A stretch of DNA of 64,000 nucleotides from Epiperipatus broadwayi (lineage: Eukaryota; Animalia; Onychophora): the NCBI GenBank assembly GCA_028023455.1, contig JAQFVV010000011.1:2170001-2234000 (forward strand), read 5' to 3'. The position numbers were made by a program, and so were the translations under genes. How positions within the stretch are numbered: position 1 is the first letter of the stretch; every line of letters starts with the position of its first letter. Below, piece by piece: positions 38,080 to 52,226 of this stretch. Below the pieces are notes generated by a model. It was given only the letters and a program-made list of their open reading frames with translations. It was not told the origin of the DNA and did not search any database.

Positions 38080-41017
38080 TGCTGTATTGCAAAAACACAA
38101 ATAATGGAAGTACAAGTGGAGTAGGATTCATTAAAATAAAAAGTGGAAGAACAATATTGTGGAGATTGATGGTGTACCAGGCAGAATAGCAAGATTAGTT
38201 AATCAAATTAATGAGTTACCAAATGCACATAACTCAGGTTTATGCCCCAATAAGTTCTTATTGTGATGAAGAAATAGAAGATATATGAATGTACAAAGAG
38301 CTTTAGGTCAGACCAAACAACATTTTAAAATTCTCAAGGGAGACTTTAATGCTAGAATTAGTAAACAACTGAAAGGTGAAAGTGCTGTAGGTAAATTTGG
38401 TAATGGTCATAGAAATGAGACGACATAGACTTATGGAGTTTGCAGAAATGGAACAAATTAATATTATGAATTCTTTTTTTGAAAAAAAAAAAGTTAAACG
38501 GAAACAGATAAGAAAGCATACAAATGAAGGTACAGCAAAATCAGATTATATTTTGACTAATAGAAAATATGTATTTCAATATGAAGAAAGGAAAATCTCC
38601 AGGTAATGATGGAATTATAATTGAGATTTTAAAGAAGCAAATGAAGAAATAGAAACTTTTTTTGACAGAGTTATATACCAAATGTCTATTAAATAATAAA
38701 GATGTATCAAATGATAATGTAGTATTAACATTAATATTTGTTAAAAAATGATAAAAAAGATTTTAGAAATTATAGTCATCCATTTTTTATCACCTCTATA
38801 CAAAATTTTTACCAAGATATCTTACAACTCTTCTACAGTGAACTGTGAATTTTAACCAACCAAAAGAACAAGCTGGTTTAAAAGTGTTTTTAGTGCAGTG
38901 AATTATATCCAAATATTGAGAGAAATTATAGAAAGGATCAATGAATATTCATAATAAATTCAACACAGGAAGTGATCATCGATCAGTGAGATGTAAAATA
39001 CATATTAATGCAAAGCTACAAACACAAATTATTACAAAAAATAGTATTCAAAGTCATAATTGATATTCCTAATCTTCAGAAGCATTCTAATAAATTTAAA
39101 TTAGAATTTGCAGATCATCTTCAAATATTAATAGATTTTAAATATGATTAAAATTTGAATGAAATCAATAAGATAATGGATACACTTAACAACACCAATA
39201 ATGATAAATGGCACAAAAAAGCAACAATTGACCAGGAAAATTTCTACTAAGACAATTTTTGAAAAAAAATATGAAAAAATATAAAAATGACGCATTAAGA
39301 AAAATTGTATATCTAGAATTTTGTAAAATGGTATGAAAAAGGTTGATAATGATATAAGAAAGTATAATAGTAAATTAGGAAGAGAAGCTATAAAAGAAAA
39401 TAAAAATCTCAAGAGTGTAAAACAACATGTTGGTATTGGTAGGAAACTTATTTCTGCAATAAGAAAAAAAGATGGAGTTATTGCTAAAAAGAAAGATGAC
39501 ATCATGAAATGTGTAAGAACAAGGAAAAATATCTCCTACAAATATTATATCTTCTGAATTACCCAGGATTTTAAATGAAGAAATGAGACCTGTAATTAAA
39601 TCTATGAAGAAAGGAAAATCTCCAGGTAATGATGGAATTATAATTGAGATTTTAAAGAAGCAGATGAAGAAATAGAAACTTTTTTTGACAAAGTTATATA
39701 CCAAATGTCTATTAAATAATAAAGATGTATCAAATGATAATGTAGTATTAATATTAATATTTGTTAAAAAATGATAAAAAAGATTTTAGAAATTATAGTC
39801 ATCCATTTTTTATCACCTCTATACAAAATTTTTACCAAGATATCTTACAACTCTTCTACAGTGAACTGTGAATTTTAACCAACGAAAAGAACAAGCTGGT
39901 TTAAAAGTGTTTTTAGTGCAGTGAATCATATCCAAATATTGAGAGAAATTATAGAAAGGATCAATGAATATGAATTGCCATTATGCTTTCAATTTGTAGA
40001 TTATGAAAAGGCATTTGATTCTGTAAGTACTATTTCAGTAATTAAAGCACTAGATCACCAAGGAATAAATTCAGGATATTCTTATCTTCTAAAGAATATT
40101 TATAAAAATGCAACAGTGATAGTAAGATTCTATAATGATATTAAGAAGATTAACACTGAGAAGGATGTATGACAGGGTGACTCCATATCTCCAAAACTTT
40201 TTATAGCAGTTTTGCAAGAAGTATTTTGTAGATTAAAATAGAAAGCTAAGGGGACAAAAATAAATGAAGATTATTTAAGTCATCTAGACTTTACAGGTTA
40301 TAATAATTGTTTTGCAATTAATGCTTTAGAGTTACAGGAAATGTTGCCAGAGTTATCTGATGAAAGTAAAAAAGTAGGATTAAAGGTAAATGTTAAACAG
40401 ACTAAAGTGATGTTCAATGGTTTTCTCTAAGAAAGAAAATAAAAATTGATAATGATGAATTAGAAGAAGTTATCATCTACAAATATCTTAGTCAGATTAT
40501 TACTACTGGTGGAAACAATGGATAAAATTAATAATAGAATTAAACTTGGTTGGAGTGCTTTTGGTAAAAGAAATAAGCCTATTTGTTTGAAAAGGAAGGT
40601 TTTAATAAATATGTTTTCCAGTTCTTAATTATGAATCTTATACTTCGACAATTAGCAGAAAAGCAATATAGACTTCACATCATCCAGCAAAGTATAAAGA
40701 GCATGTTAGAAGATATAAGAAGAGATTGAAAATAAAATATATGGATGAGACAACAAACAGGTGTTATGTTAAAAGAATCAGACTAAAGTGGAAATGGACT
40801 GAATATATTGCTACAATAGATGATAATAGATGAGCAGTTGAAATCTTGAACTGGTTTCCAATAGATTGTAAAAGACCTAGAAAGCAACCACATGTGAGAT
40901 GGATGGCGAAATAAGAAAGTGTGTTGGGGTGATGTGGAAAAGAGAGGAGAGACTGGAGATAGATTGCATTTGGAGCAGTGGATTGAAAATGGTTGAAAAT
41001 AATGATGATAACAATGA
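38080..41017 (+). mobile_element. RTE-clade LINE, near full length, pseudogenised (APE endonuclease + RT)
   Basis: EN: SGVGFI, QVYAP, GDFNARI, DYIL, GSDHR. RT: KSPGNDG, NHIQILREIIE, FVDYEKAFDSV, QGDSISPKLF, YKYLSQII. TGA/TAA-rich tail at ~41000. Confidence 0.9.
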
Positions 41018-42299
41018 TGTACTAATAAAAATGAAAAAGGGAAGTATTGGACAAGCCAAGTTTTAATATCATAGCCTTTCAATGATACATCTAGAATTTT
41101 GAAAAACTGAAGATGCCAAATAAGATTTCACAGCAAATCCATCAATATGCAATCATCTTTCATTTAAAGTTATCAACTATTCAATTAAATTTCTTCTTTA
41201 ATCCAGATTCCATTAAAACAGCTACAATATTAAATCTTGATATTTTCTGAGATGAAAATTCTGATCTTCATTCATTCTTTGAAATGGTTGCATTAAATGG
41301 AGTTCATATCTTCCATATAACTATATTTAGAAAACATTTGAAATATGAACCTTTATTTGTTACTGTGATTACTTCCTGCTTTACTGCTAGTAGTACGACT
41401 GATTTTACAATTATTTATAACATTTTAATGAAAGCATCAGTAAATTTAAAAATCTATCTATGACAGTGGAGGATAAACTATTTTTAAATCACATTTATTA
41501 TATCCCACTTCTGTGGTAACAGGGAATTCCAAAATTGCGCTATCGAAACAGTGATCCAAATCCAGTTCCAAAGCAAATTTATTATTGGTTGTACTGCTTT
41601 GTACAAAGATTACAACTAAGGTATCTCAGTTATTAAACCTATGACCATCAATGATTTCACTGTACTGACAACTTTTTGAACATAAAAAATTAGAAGGAAA
41701 GAAATTAGAGTCTGAATTCCTCTACATAACACACAATCTCATTGTCACTGTTAGTGCAAGACGACCAATAGACTATGAAATTAATGATGATGACTGAACT
41801 CTATACTAACTTAAGTGATTATTCTTAAGTATTTAGCCTGTGATGAACTAAAATTTTATCTTACAAAGAAGGATGAAGTTCTCTTGGCCAGATACTGCTT
41901 AATGATTATTCCTCATGCCAATGAGATTATGACACCTAAGCATCATGGTAAAAAATATTACTATCAAATTTCTTATTTTTAGTCTACTCACTATCATTAA
42001 TCTGACTAATCTAGACTTTTATTCTAGTTCAGTCATGGAATATTTTACAATCCGTGTGCAAATTTTTTTATCTATGAGTTCACATGTGCCATTCACATAT
42101 GTAAATAATATTTTAACATTTTTTCATAATATACTAAACATGTTATTGTAATGGCTGAGAAGTTGGAACAAAGAATATGAAATTCGGTTTTCTGTTAGGT
42201 ATAGTACAGCAAGAAACATCTTGCAAGCAAACTGATCTGGGCAAACATAAGTTTCTGAGTGGTTTAATGGAAATGTCAATTTCATAACATCCTAAAAAA

Positions 42300-42830
42300 G
42301 TATGGCGGATGAAATCCGATGTCAAAACAGTGCTGATTTTTTGGGGGATGCAAATGGCACTGTTCATTCAGAATACATTTGTAAAAATCAGACATTTTAT
42401 CTATAAGTTCTGGAAAGTTTGCATGATGTGGTAAAATAAAAATGTCTTGATTTGTGGCAAAGTAGAGAATGCAAGCTTTACCACAACAATGTGCCAGAAT
42501 GAAAGTTTTGAGTGTGGTACAATTTTAATTAAAAACAGCATAAGCTATATTCACCCGATCTCACTCCATGCAACTTCTTTTTATTCCCCTGAATTAAAAA
42601 ATACCTCAAAAGAAAAATATTTGCAGACTAGGAAGTGGAGAAGAAAAAAACAATGGACATATTAAGACATCATTTTTCAAGAGTTTCAGTACTTCGAGAA
42701 GTGGGAACTCAATTAGAGTAGTGAACTGCATCAAATGGACAGTTCTTTGACAGAAATTCAATTTTATAACATCTAAAAACAAATGCACAATTTTTTATTA
42801 CAAAATTCTGATTATTTTGGGGTATCCCTC
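42300..42830 (+). mobile_element. mariner transposase C-terminal half and right end
   Basis: KSDVKTVLIF..ANGTVHSEY, YHNNVP, FPELKK.L, FEKW; ends TTATTTTGGGGTATCCCTC, resembling a mariner TIR. Confidence 0.8.
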
Positions 42831-43898
42831 AGAAAGAAAAAAAAGATAAAATATTACTAACTTTAATAAGATTTCTGAATTTATTTTGATTTCGCCTGAT
42901 TTTTACTGTTTGGAGTGTACAATTTTTTTCAAATATGAATCATTTAGACCACGACTTTGTTTTATTTTTATCAATTTTAATAAAAAAAAATGAACAGTTA
43001 TAAAATAACCCCCTCCAGGTAAGTCCACAAAATTAGACAAGTGTGAAAAATGTCTGCTTATAGAATATATAACGAGATACAATTTTTTTTTAGTCCGGCT
43101 AACTAAATTTGAATTTTGTTACAAAAATTTTTTTGCGTATTAATAAAAACTGTTTTTTGATTACAGTATTACTTTACAAAATGATAGGCCTGCATTTTAT
43201 TTTTATAATCAGAGATTCAGAGTAAAATTAATTCTTCAAAATACCAAATTTGGTACATGCATCGCAGATTAGCCATCCAATTCTATCAAATAAAAAATGG
43301 ATATTCTTTACTGACTATTATTAGATGTCGATCTGGATTGGCCAAGAATCATAGTTTGCAACTTGAAAAAAAAATTAAAGATTCAATCAGCTTGAGTTCA
43401 AATCCCAGGTCCTGGCATTATAGCACACCAAGGCTATCCAACCTTAAGTAATCCCAAAAATCAATTTGTCATGAATGCTCAGACCTGCACACTGGATCAA
43501 AACAGCACAAAACCACTTCTTTGCCATATTTGTATTTGAAAAATATATGGGTATACAGTGACATAAAAACACCTGATAATAATATCAACATCAAGATTCA
43601 AATTTATTTTTTCATTCAAAAATCAAAAATTCTTGGTTGGTTGCACAAGGCCTCACCATGAGTCACATATGATCCACAGACCATGTTTTAGGAAGCACAG
43701 TAATAGATTACTAATTGTGATTTAAAATTCTAAAGACTACCGTAAAACATTAAGAGAGAAAAAATAATAATAATAGCATGGGGGGGGGGGATCATTTAAT
43801 TATAGAGTTAAAGATGGCATATTTTTTAGATATCTCACAATTTTTTTTCAAATGAGAAAAGAATTATATTTCCCAAATTTTTCAAAAGACCTTCACAA

Positions 43899-44327
43899 CA
43901 CAGAGGCTAAAATCTCCATATAGTAGTGCCACCAGTGCAATCCAGAGTAATCAATGGATGCAAGAAGGTTTGTGCATAAAATCTCTGTCTAGTGCCTACT
44001 CATCCAATATCTCCAGACCAGTTTCTAGCTTGTGGCTTTCATCAGTGAGGATCCTTGGATCCGAGAGCACTGCACCTAGATCTTAGGATCTAATGCAACC
44101 CTCCAGCAGCCACTTTTTACCTTATTAGGTAGCTAACTATAAAGCCACAAGCTAGAAACTAGTCTGGGGATATTGGATGTGTAGGCTCTAGCTATGCACA
44201 AACCTTTATGCATGCATCGACTACTCTTGCTTGCAATGGTGGCATGCTGCTGTATGGAGAGTTTAGCCTCTGTGTAAACAGATTATGTAAGCATAAGAAA
44301 TGGTAATCGTGTGATGTTTAGTGATTT
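43899..44327. mobile_element. F1 element with overlapping inverted arms and 14-bp TSD
   Basis: Antisense arm 43899-~44127 (HHR 44011-44050), sense arm 44141-44327; AAAGACCTTCACAA at 43885-43898 and 44328-44341. Confidence 0.9.
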
Positions 44328-44746
44328 AAAGACCTTCACAATATAATGCAATAAAACTGATCAATTCAAAAAATACTACAATATCTATCTAAATTAGATA
44401 ATTCTAAAGACAGGTTTGACTAAATAAAAAAAGTAAGTGTTAATGCACTAAAAAATAAAAGCATAAAGCACAACAATTAAGTCTGAAACATATTTTGGTA
44501 TTGTTAGATAAGTGGGCATTATTTGAAATTTTTTTTAAATGATTCTTTGGTGTTTTGACTTGAGAATAAGTTGTTTTATACTATGTTTTCATTTGTAAAA
44601 GCTGAAGAAAATTTGTTCTTACTTTTAATGCATTATTTATGTGAATAAATGCATTCCTTTAAAATATATGTATTTTCTTTTCTATTTTTTTAATTTTATA
44701 TATAAAGGTAGAAAAGGTTAATAATGCCATAGGCAATATGTAATAT

Positions 44747-45023
44747 ATAAATAAGTAAATAATAATTACAATAAGGCAAAATAAGCATAAAACAAATTTA
44801 TTAATCTGGTAAGTCAGGCTTTCGATACGGATTTTGGTAAGTCAGGCTTTCAATACGGAGAATCTTTGTCAAATCTCGACTGCCGATGAAAACGCTGATA
44901 CATGTTGCTCTCTTCCAGTCATGCTTTGACAAAGATATTTTGCATCGAAAGCATGGCTTAGCAGACCAATAAATTTATATTATATTTATTTTGCCTTACT
45001 GTAATTACTATTTACTAACTTTA
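44747..45023. mobile_element. Foldback element with eroded HHR-like PLE-type end
   Basis: Arms ~44747-44875 and ~44925-45023; TTTGACAAAGAT...ATCGAAAGC in both arms; internal ~28-bp duplication. Confidence 0.6.
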
Positions 45024-45669
45024 TATATATAATATTGAATTATTGAAATCAGTTTTCAACAAATTCAATTTTAAATAACATGAAGCCTTATAGTTGCTAC
45101 TTGCATCAACGTTACATATAAAATTAAAATTTTAAATTTCTTGCTAATTTTTTACTAAAATTGTTTGCAAACTTTAAAAAAAAAACTGTATTTTCATCAG
45201 AAATGAATATAAAGTTTCAACTTGATCAGAAATTGATAAATGGGTAAAAAGTGGGGTATAAGATTTGTTTTAGACAACAGCCTAATTTAAATAAAAGTGT
45301 ATTAAATATATATATATTTCAAAGAACTACCAAAAAATTCCTGGAGCTTAAATTGACTCATCCTCTACCATTTAAAAAGTTAATAGATGAAACATAAACC
45401 TGGATTTTAATTACTAAAGAAGTATTAAATGCTAAAATTTATCAAAAACAAATGAGAAAAAAAAGAATACATCTTTAAAATAAACATTAGGGATGTAATT
45501 GTATTGATGTAATTGTATTTTTATATTGGACTATTTCCATCATCTAATATGTGTATAGAATGTTTTTAGAAAATTTAACTTTAAGTATTCCAAATAAATT
45601 CAATGACAGTTGAATATATTTGGAATATTTACTAACAGTTGAATATATTTGGAATATTTAAATATCGTT

Positions 45670-45778
45670 GTTTTTTTTTTCTCATGTATCGTAGCATCAG
45701 CCGGGAAACAAACCCGCTAACCCGGGACAACTGCTTGTAAAGCAGCTGTCTCTGACATCTCGATCACCAATGCTTGAC
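45670..45778 (-). mobile_element. tRNA-derived SINE (TAC-loop subfamily), inside a PLE-tail fragment
   Basis: rc is similar to the 35019 copy; flanked by TATTTAAATA; neighbouring sequence matches 1610-1700. Confidence 0.75.
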
Positions 45779-46899
45779 TATTTAAATAAAGTTAAATTTT
45801 TCTAAAGACATTCAATATGCAATATTAGATGATGGAAATAGTCCAATATAAAAATACAACTAGAACACCATCATCACAAACCTTCAGGAAAACATTACGG
45901 ATGTAAAGTTTGACATTGAAAAAGTAGATTTTAAAAAAATGAATGAAGCCTTTGAAATATAATATTTGTTAAAATATTTTACCAAGTATAACAAAAAGAT
46001 TAGTAGGATAATAAATGAATAGTAAGTTTAAAACACACAAAATAATCTAATTAGAGTGCAGGTATGAAAAAGCCTGCACTGTAGAAAAAATTCATATATT
46101 AATTAATTTTTCAAAAATGATAATGGTTGTATAAGATAATGATAAAAGAGAAAAAACAAAAAGATGAAAGGACTATATAATCATAATAATGAATAAGCCA
46201 TTAAAGAATCTGAAAACCCAACCAGTTAACAGGTCATACAATTTTAATTAGACATGTAATATTACTAACCGATGAGAAAATGTGGGGCAATTGCTTAATC
46301 TCGTATTTTTTTAAGGAAACAGCCTACAGTTGAATACGTCTATCACAATTATTAAAGACACCTATATAGGCATATAAATTTTGTAAAAGGCAGTTTTAGA
46401 CATTTCTAAGTTTAGGCAAAAGAAGTTGTTGAACTAAAACCATATTATAATCATTTAATCAGTCCGGAAAGACATCAAATATATGCACATATTTAAAGGT
46501 ATTTATTAATTTACGTTTCAGCATTTTACATTCTATCTTTTAATACAAACAGTTGTGGCAGATATATATTGCAAATCTGTATTCTATACACATTGTATCA
46601 TAATGACTCATTTATAAATTCAGCTATAATCGTATTTTATTTTTTAAATATCGTATTAAAGCATTTATTATTCTACGTTTTAAAAAAAAATATTAATAAA
46701 CACACATTTTGTTAGATCAAACGATACACTCAACTATACTGTACATATATCCTCAAAATAACATGCCTACACATTTTACAAGCTTAGTTATGCAAAAAGA
46801 ATTTACTTTTCTACCTCTACATTCTTCTTCATTCAAAAGTAACTTTAAAATTAGTATAACTTCGAAGAATTCCAGAGAAGGCAAAACTATATAAAAGTC

Positions 46900-48150
46900 T
46901 CCATCTAATTAATAAATCCACATAATGTGCCACTAAAAAGAGAAAAGCATTGTGACCTTCGTAATAAATAAAACTTGGTCAAACCATCGTTTAACTACAA
47001 CTTGTCTCGGGATTGTTATTAAAAAGTGGGCTTCCGTTATCACCACCACTGTAGCCAGATGGAAGCATCCATTATCATTCAAAAGGGGTGAGGGAAACTC
47101 TTTTAATTAATTCTTATGCATGCTTGCGAAGAGGTGTGGTTAAATGTGATATAAACAAAATAAAAAATAAGCGAAGAAGTTACATAAAAAGAAATAAATT
47201 GTTGATAATATACAATAATAATAATATACGCATTAACACGCTAATTGTGGAAATACAAATAAAAAAAATTACTGGAAATTGTTCCGGGTTAAATTAAGCT
47301 GGGCACTAAACAAAAATTTGTTTTTAAACTCAACATAAATTTTTCATGTTAGTTAAAGCTTTGCATAAAATACAACAAAATAACTTCGGTTAAGACGGCT
47401 TATGTACATTTGACGAAAAGCATTTTCAATGGAAAATATTTCAATAATATAACATACTTTTCGGTATTGACTGACAATTTAAAAAATAAATTAGCTTACC
47501 TGAGATGTTGCAGATCATGACATTTAGACTAGTGAAGATCATAGTCGGACCAGGTGAGCTACAACGATATATCTAACATCCAGATTGGTTTATAAACAGC
47601 CTTAGACATAATGGCTAACACTCTTTAGGAGAGCCGCACTTGATATACAACTACCAGCTGATTGGTGGGAAATGATGGGATTTCCTAATAGCAATTCTTG
47701 CCATGTTTGATGATTTTTTTTTTAATCATTATTTAAATTTTAAAAGAAAAAAAAATTTCATCTAAATAGTATAAAATATGTATATTCTGTAGATATTTTC
47801 ATACATACAGAATTGAACAAGAACAGAACAATTTTTGACAGAGTTTATTTTAACTTACATATTACGATTGTAGAAACATTTTTTTTTTTATTTAAACTCG
47901 AGCAATTCAGATACGAGTAAGTGTGCACAGAGATATGCTTTCTTATGACGTCACTAACTCATCGGTTTTTGAAAGCCTGCGGCAAATGCAAATCTGTTAG
48001 ATTATCGCACAATGAGATCTGCTAAAATAATAAAGACTTGCTCGTTTTTTATTTATAGGTTAAATTTTTCTAATTAAACAGTGTTAGCCATTTATTCTAT
48101 CACCATTTAATACCTGACGCATATTTACATAATAAACAAATTCCTTTAAA
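46900..48150 (-). promoter_or_regulatory. Candidate unmethylated promoter / first exon
   Basis: Visibly more CpGs than the background; perfect CRE TGACGTCA at 47946-47953; consensus minus-strand donor CAG|GTAAG with last exon base 47500. Confidence 0.35.
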
Positions 48151-48326
48151 ATTATCATCAAATTATTATATATAGGCAAGCAAAATGATTTTTTTACCTA
48201 GCTTTATATTGCATTAAGTTTTTGTTTTCTAATTACTCCATCAATTCATGTTTACAAAAAAATCTACACATATACTAAAATACATGAGATTTTTATTGGG
48301 GGGGAGGGGGTGTTTATGTCTAAAAA

Positions 48327-48447
48327 GAGACCATAATGATTAAGCGGGCGGGTGGGAGGGAGATCACTTAATCATCAATGACTAGTTTCGAGACTATAAT
48401 GATTAAGCGGGCGGGTGGGGAAGGATCTCTTAATCATCAATGACTAG
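48327..48447. repeat. 62-63-bp tandem duplication containing a hairpin with a GC-box loop
   Basis: ATGATTAAG-CGGGCGGGTGGG..-CTTAATCAT-CAATGACTAG x2. Confidence 0.85.
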
Positions 48448-48802
48448 TTATTAAATTTAGATAATGATTTGTAAAATTCCAAAAAATATATCGATATTAG
48501 AGCTCCTTACCTTTTTATTTTGCTGACTATTAGATCTAATGAATCTCTCTAAAATTTTATAATAGAATAAGCCATTATATAATTAGTACATCATAAAAAC
48601 ACATCTTATAATACTATGATAGAGAACATTTGAATGTAATCTATTAGCTCACTTTTTAACTAAGATATCATATAATAACGGCCCCTGGTGCTTTGATAGT
48701 TATATAATAGCAGACCCTGGAGCTCAAGTTCCATGGAATATATGGCCTAGCTCTGGTACTTCTAGTGCTCGAACTTGCTTATGAACTCCCTAGCAATAAA
48801 CC

Positions 48803-48866
48803 ATTATTATTATTGTTGTTGTTGTTGTTATTGTTGTTTGGTTGTTTGTTTGTTGTTGTTGTTGTT
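48803..48866. repeat. (TTA)n/(TTG)n microsatellite
   Basis: Direct reading; follows AATAAA. Confidence 0.85.
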
Positions 48867-49477
48867 ATATAATAACCGAATTAGGAGTAGATTTGGGTAT
48901 GTCCTTATTAATTACGTAAAAGACAATACTTTAATAAATGTGAATTTTGTAAAGTAATAATTTCTTTATATATACATTAATGGTAAGATTTATAAAAAAG
49001 AAAATTAATTATAATTTCTATTTATACAGAATATAATTGTGTATGTGCTTGTTAGTTATAAACAGCATTACGTTTAATAATCAAGTATGTTTCATCTTTC
49101 ACACCTTGAAATAAATTAAAAAAAAGTTAATATAAATAATATTTAAACCTTCTTTGATTTGTGATTAATGATGTTGGGATATAAAAAAACTCATGAAGGT
49201 GAGTTTCTTGAATCAGGTTCCATCAGCCTTATATTGCCATAGTGCATAATTCAAAATTGCAAATGTTCAAATGTCATTCATAATATTATAAATAAATAAC
49301 AGAAGTGTAATTTTTGCTTCATTGTTTATATTAAGAGATTTTTACTTTTTTTTTTTAAAAGATTTTTCTTTTTTTTTTTTACTTTTCTTTGGTTGTTTTT
49401 AGAATATAGTGTGTTCGAACGAGAAGATTTCTGTTATTGCATTAATGAGCAGCTCAGGAATATATTGCCTTGTCATA

Positions 49478-51880
49478 TTTTTTTTTTGTTACATTTCTGG
49501 GTATGTATTTTTGAGCATATAGATATATGTTATGTCAATCTTTGTTATTTTTTTTAGTACGTTGTATTTTTTGTTGTCAAAGATTACAGCACAGTGGGCA
49601 AGCCACATTGTTCTGAAAGTATGAATGGTTATTAAAGCATTGAATGATTTTAATTTTATTATATTGTTTATGTGTCTTTGTGGAATACGAAGCAACGTAA
49701 AAGTAAAAAATATGGACATGTCTCAAAGATATGAGTTGTATTTTCCGGAAGTACATTGCATAATATGCAAGTAGGATCTAGGTTTAATTTAAGTGGTTTA
49801 TGAGAAATAGCTTTGTTGGTATTGTATCAAGTAGCAGATTATGTAGGAAGGAATTTTAGCCATGACTGAGGTACACGCAAATTTTGAAATTTAGTCAGTG
49901 TTCTGGCAATTGATAGGGTTAACCAAAATTGCCTATCAGGGTATATGATTTTTTTTTATATCTTTGTATGATAGTCCGATTAAAATATTAATGTTATAAT
50001 TGTCCAGTAAATCAGCATGCTCAATAGCATGATTGGTGAAAAAGTGATGATTTATATATTGAGTAATGGCAAGCAGAAGTAGAGGTGGAGTAGTTATCTT
50101 CAGGGAGGGATTAGTTGTGGTTGTGATGTACATCTTAGCCCTAATGTAGGATGTGAAAGATTGTGGACTTATTAGGTTAAGCCCACTTTTGCAAATTGGG
50201 AAACAGGCATTTTCGATTGATAGAAGGTGTGATGTTGATACCCATATATATGCTTTTGCTATTCTCATGATATTCTTATTTTTTTTTGGAGATGCATTCA
50301 TGGGCTGTAATCGGTAAGTATGCCTCCTAGAATGGCATTGATGATGTGAACCTTTGTTATACAGTAGAACAATTTTGTATTGAAGCATTTTATTTTTGTG
50401 TTAAATTTATCTATGATGAGAAGATTTAAGTGATGTGCCTAGAAAGGAAGAATATGTGCCTGTGAAGAGTGAGAAAAAAACTGTGACTGGTAGCTATTTG
50501 CCATAGGGATAACTTGTATTGTGGATCCTGTTAGAGTTTCAAATTTCTTCAGTTTATGAAGTATCAGAGGTATATTTTGCAGGTCCCTAAATATTATCAG
50601 GACATCATTGACATATGATATGATCTTGACAGTTGTACCTAGGTGTGGAAGAAAAATATCTATGCACTGCTCGATGTCCTTAATCATGGGATCTATGCAT
50701 ATTGAAAATAGTAAAGATGCTAATGGAAACCCTTGTGGGAGGCCTCTGCTTGGCTTAAAGGATTGAGAGAGTCTAATGTAATTTTTAAGTTTAATTGTTC
50801 TACTGTTAAGGAAATTTTTATTGCTGTTATAAGATGTTATAAGGTGCATATGACTTGATAGCATTTGACTTAGGAAGTTCCAGTTTATGAGATCAAAGGC
50901 TGCCTTGAAGTCTACCTGGCATGCCACGTAGTTTGTTAGTTTGGTTTGTTTGATATAGTGTATTGTTTCTTGTGCTAATAATGTTTCTTGAGATGCTTTT
51001 CATCCTTTGACGGCAAAGTGTGAATGTGAAATCTTAGATAAGGCATAGACATTTAACTGTTTCAGTATGATTCTAGCAAACATTTTCTAATTAATGTCTT
51101 CTAATGTAATAAGATGCAAATAATTTACTGTTGGATGAGGATTTTTTTTGTTTTTCCTTAGACAGATATTATATTTGTTGATAAGTTAGGGATGTGATAT
51201 TCCTTAGAACAAAGTTGATTATAGTATTTCTGTAGGAGTGGTGATATAGTGTAGTCTATTTGCTTGTATATGTTAGCTGAAATGAGATCATTTGCCAGCA
51301 AGCTAGGTTGTTTTAAATGCACTATTTCATCAAGAACTTGCTGTTTTGATATGTAGTAATTATGTGTGAAGTTTGTTTCACTTCTTAATATCTGTGAAGT
51401 GTTCTGAGATTTTTTAATGGAAACTTTCAAGTGGTTCAGAAGTTCCTCACCAACATTAGTATCAGAGAGGAGTGAATTATCTTTTGATAGTATGGGATAT
51501 AGGATGGGGAATTTTGCGTAATTTACTGTCGTTTTTGTTAGTGTTGATAGATTTGGTATAATTTTTCTCAGCCTAAAAACTATGATGTTCTAGTTATATA
51601 GCTGAGTTAAGTGTTTGCTTTCATATTGTAGCTTATGAATGAGAACTTTTGCTTCATCAAACCTTGTTATAGATTTAAGGGTTGAATTTATATCTTCGAA
51701 ATGTCGCTTTATAAAGTTGTTTGAGTTATAGCATGATAGACGATCTGAACAGCACTTGTTTTTGTTTTTTTTTAGTTGTGACTATTTTTTCAATTGGAGA
51801 AAGATTTTTCAGCTGAAGTAAATGGTTTCTGACTATTAATAGATTAGAGAAATCATCTAGGGTTAGTTTGAATTGTTTAA
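49478..51880 (-). mobile_element. L1/Tx1-clade LINE ORF2 remnant
   Basis: ORF 50439-50927: VDFKAAFDLINWNFL...RGLPQGFPLASLLFSICIDPM...ISYVNDV; downstream AYIW...PICKSGLNL and MWLAHCAVIFDNK; T-run at ~49478 is poly(A) on the minus strand. Confidence 0.75.
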
Positions 51881-52226
51881 AAAATTAATCACACATTTTT
51901 GAACAGAAAATTGTTTACAAGAATATGTAAAAAGATTTAGTCATTAAGGATATTTAACAATAATACATTATTGAAAGAATATTTTTTAATTGTGAAGTAG
52001 AAAAAGAAAAATATCAAGGTCAATATAGAAAAAAATTCTAAAAAATGGAATTACAAAAACAAAACTCATTCAATAATTTCAAAAATGCCTCATTCTCTCC
52101 TTGCTTGTTCTTATATAATAGTCTTGTCTACAAAGTATTATCAACTTATCCTTCTTTATGCATTGATAAAATTATAATAAATTAAGCAGATCTATCTTTC
52201 ATATTACACTTACAATGCTTATTTTA

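Noticed and set aside
41100-42290. Additional decayed LINE endonuclease region (also 17790-18200 and 63700-64000)
   Set aside because: Composition is TE-like, but the motifs are too eroded to call by eye.
48327-48447. Hammerhead on the minus strand (TTGATGA...GAAACTAGTC)
   Set aside because: Stem II cannot close next to the core, and the core is sequestered in a competing hairpin.
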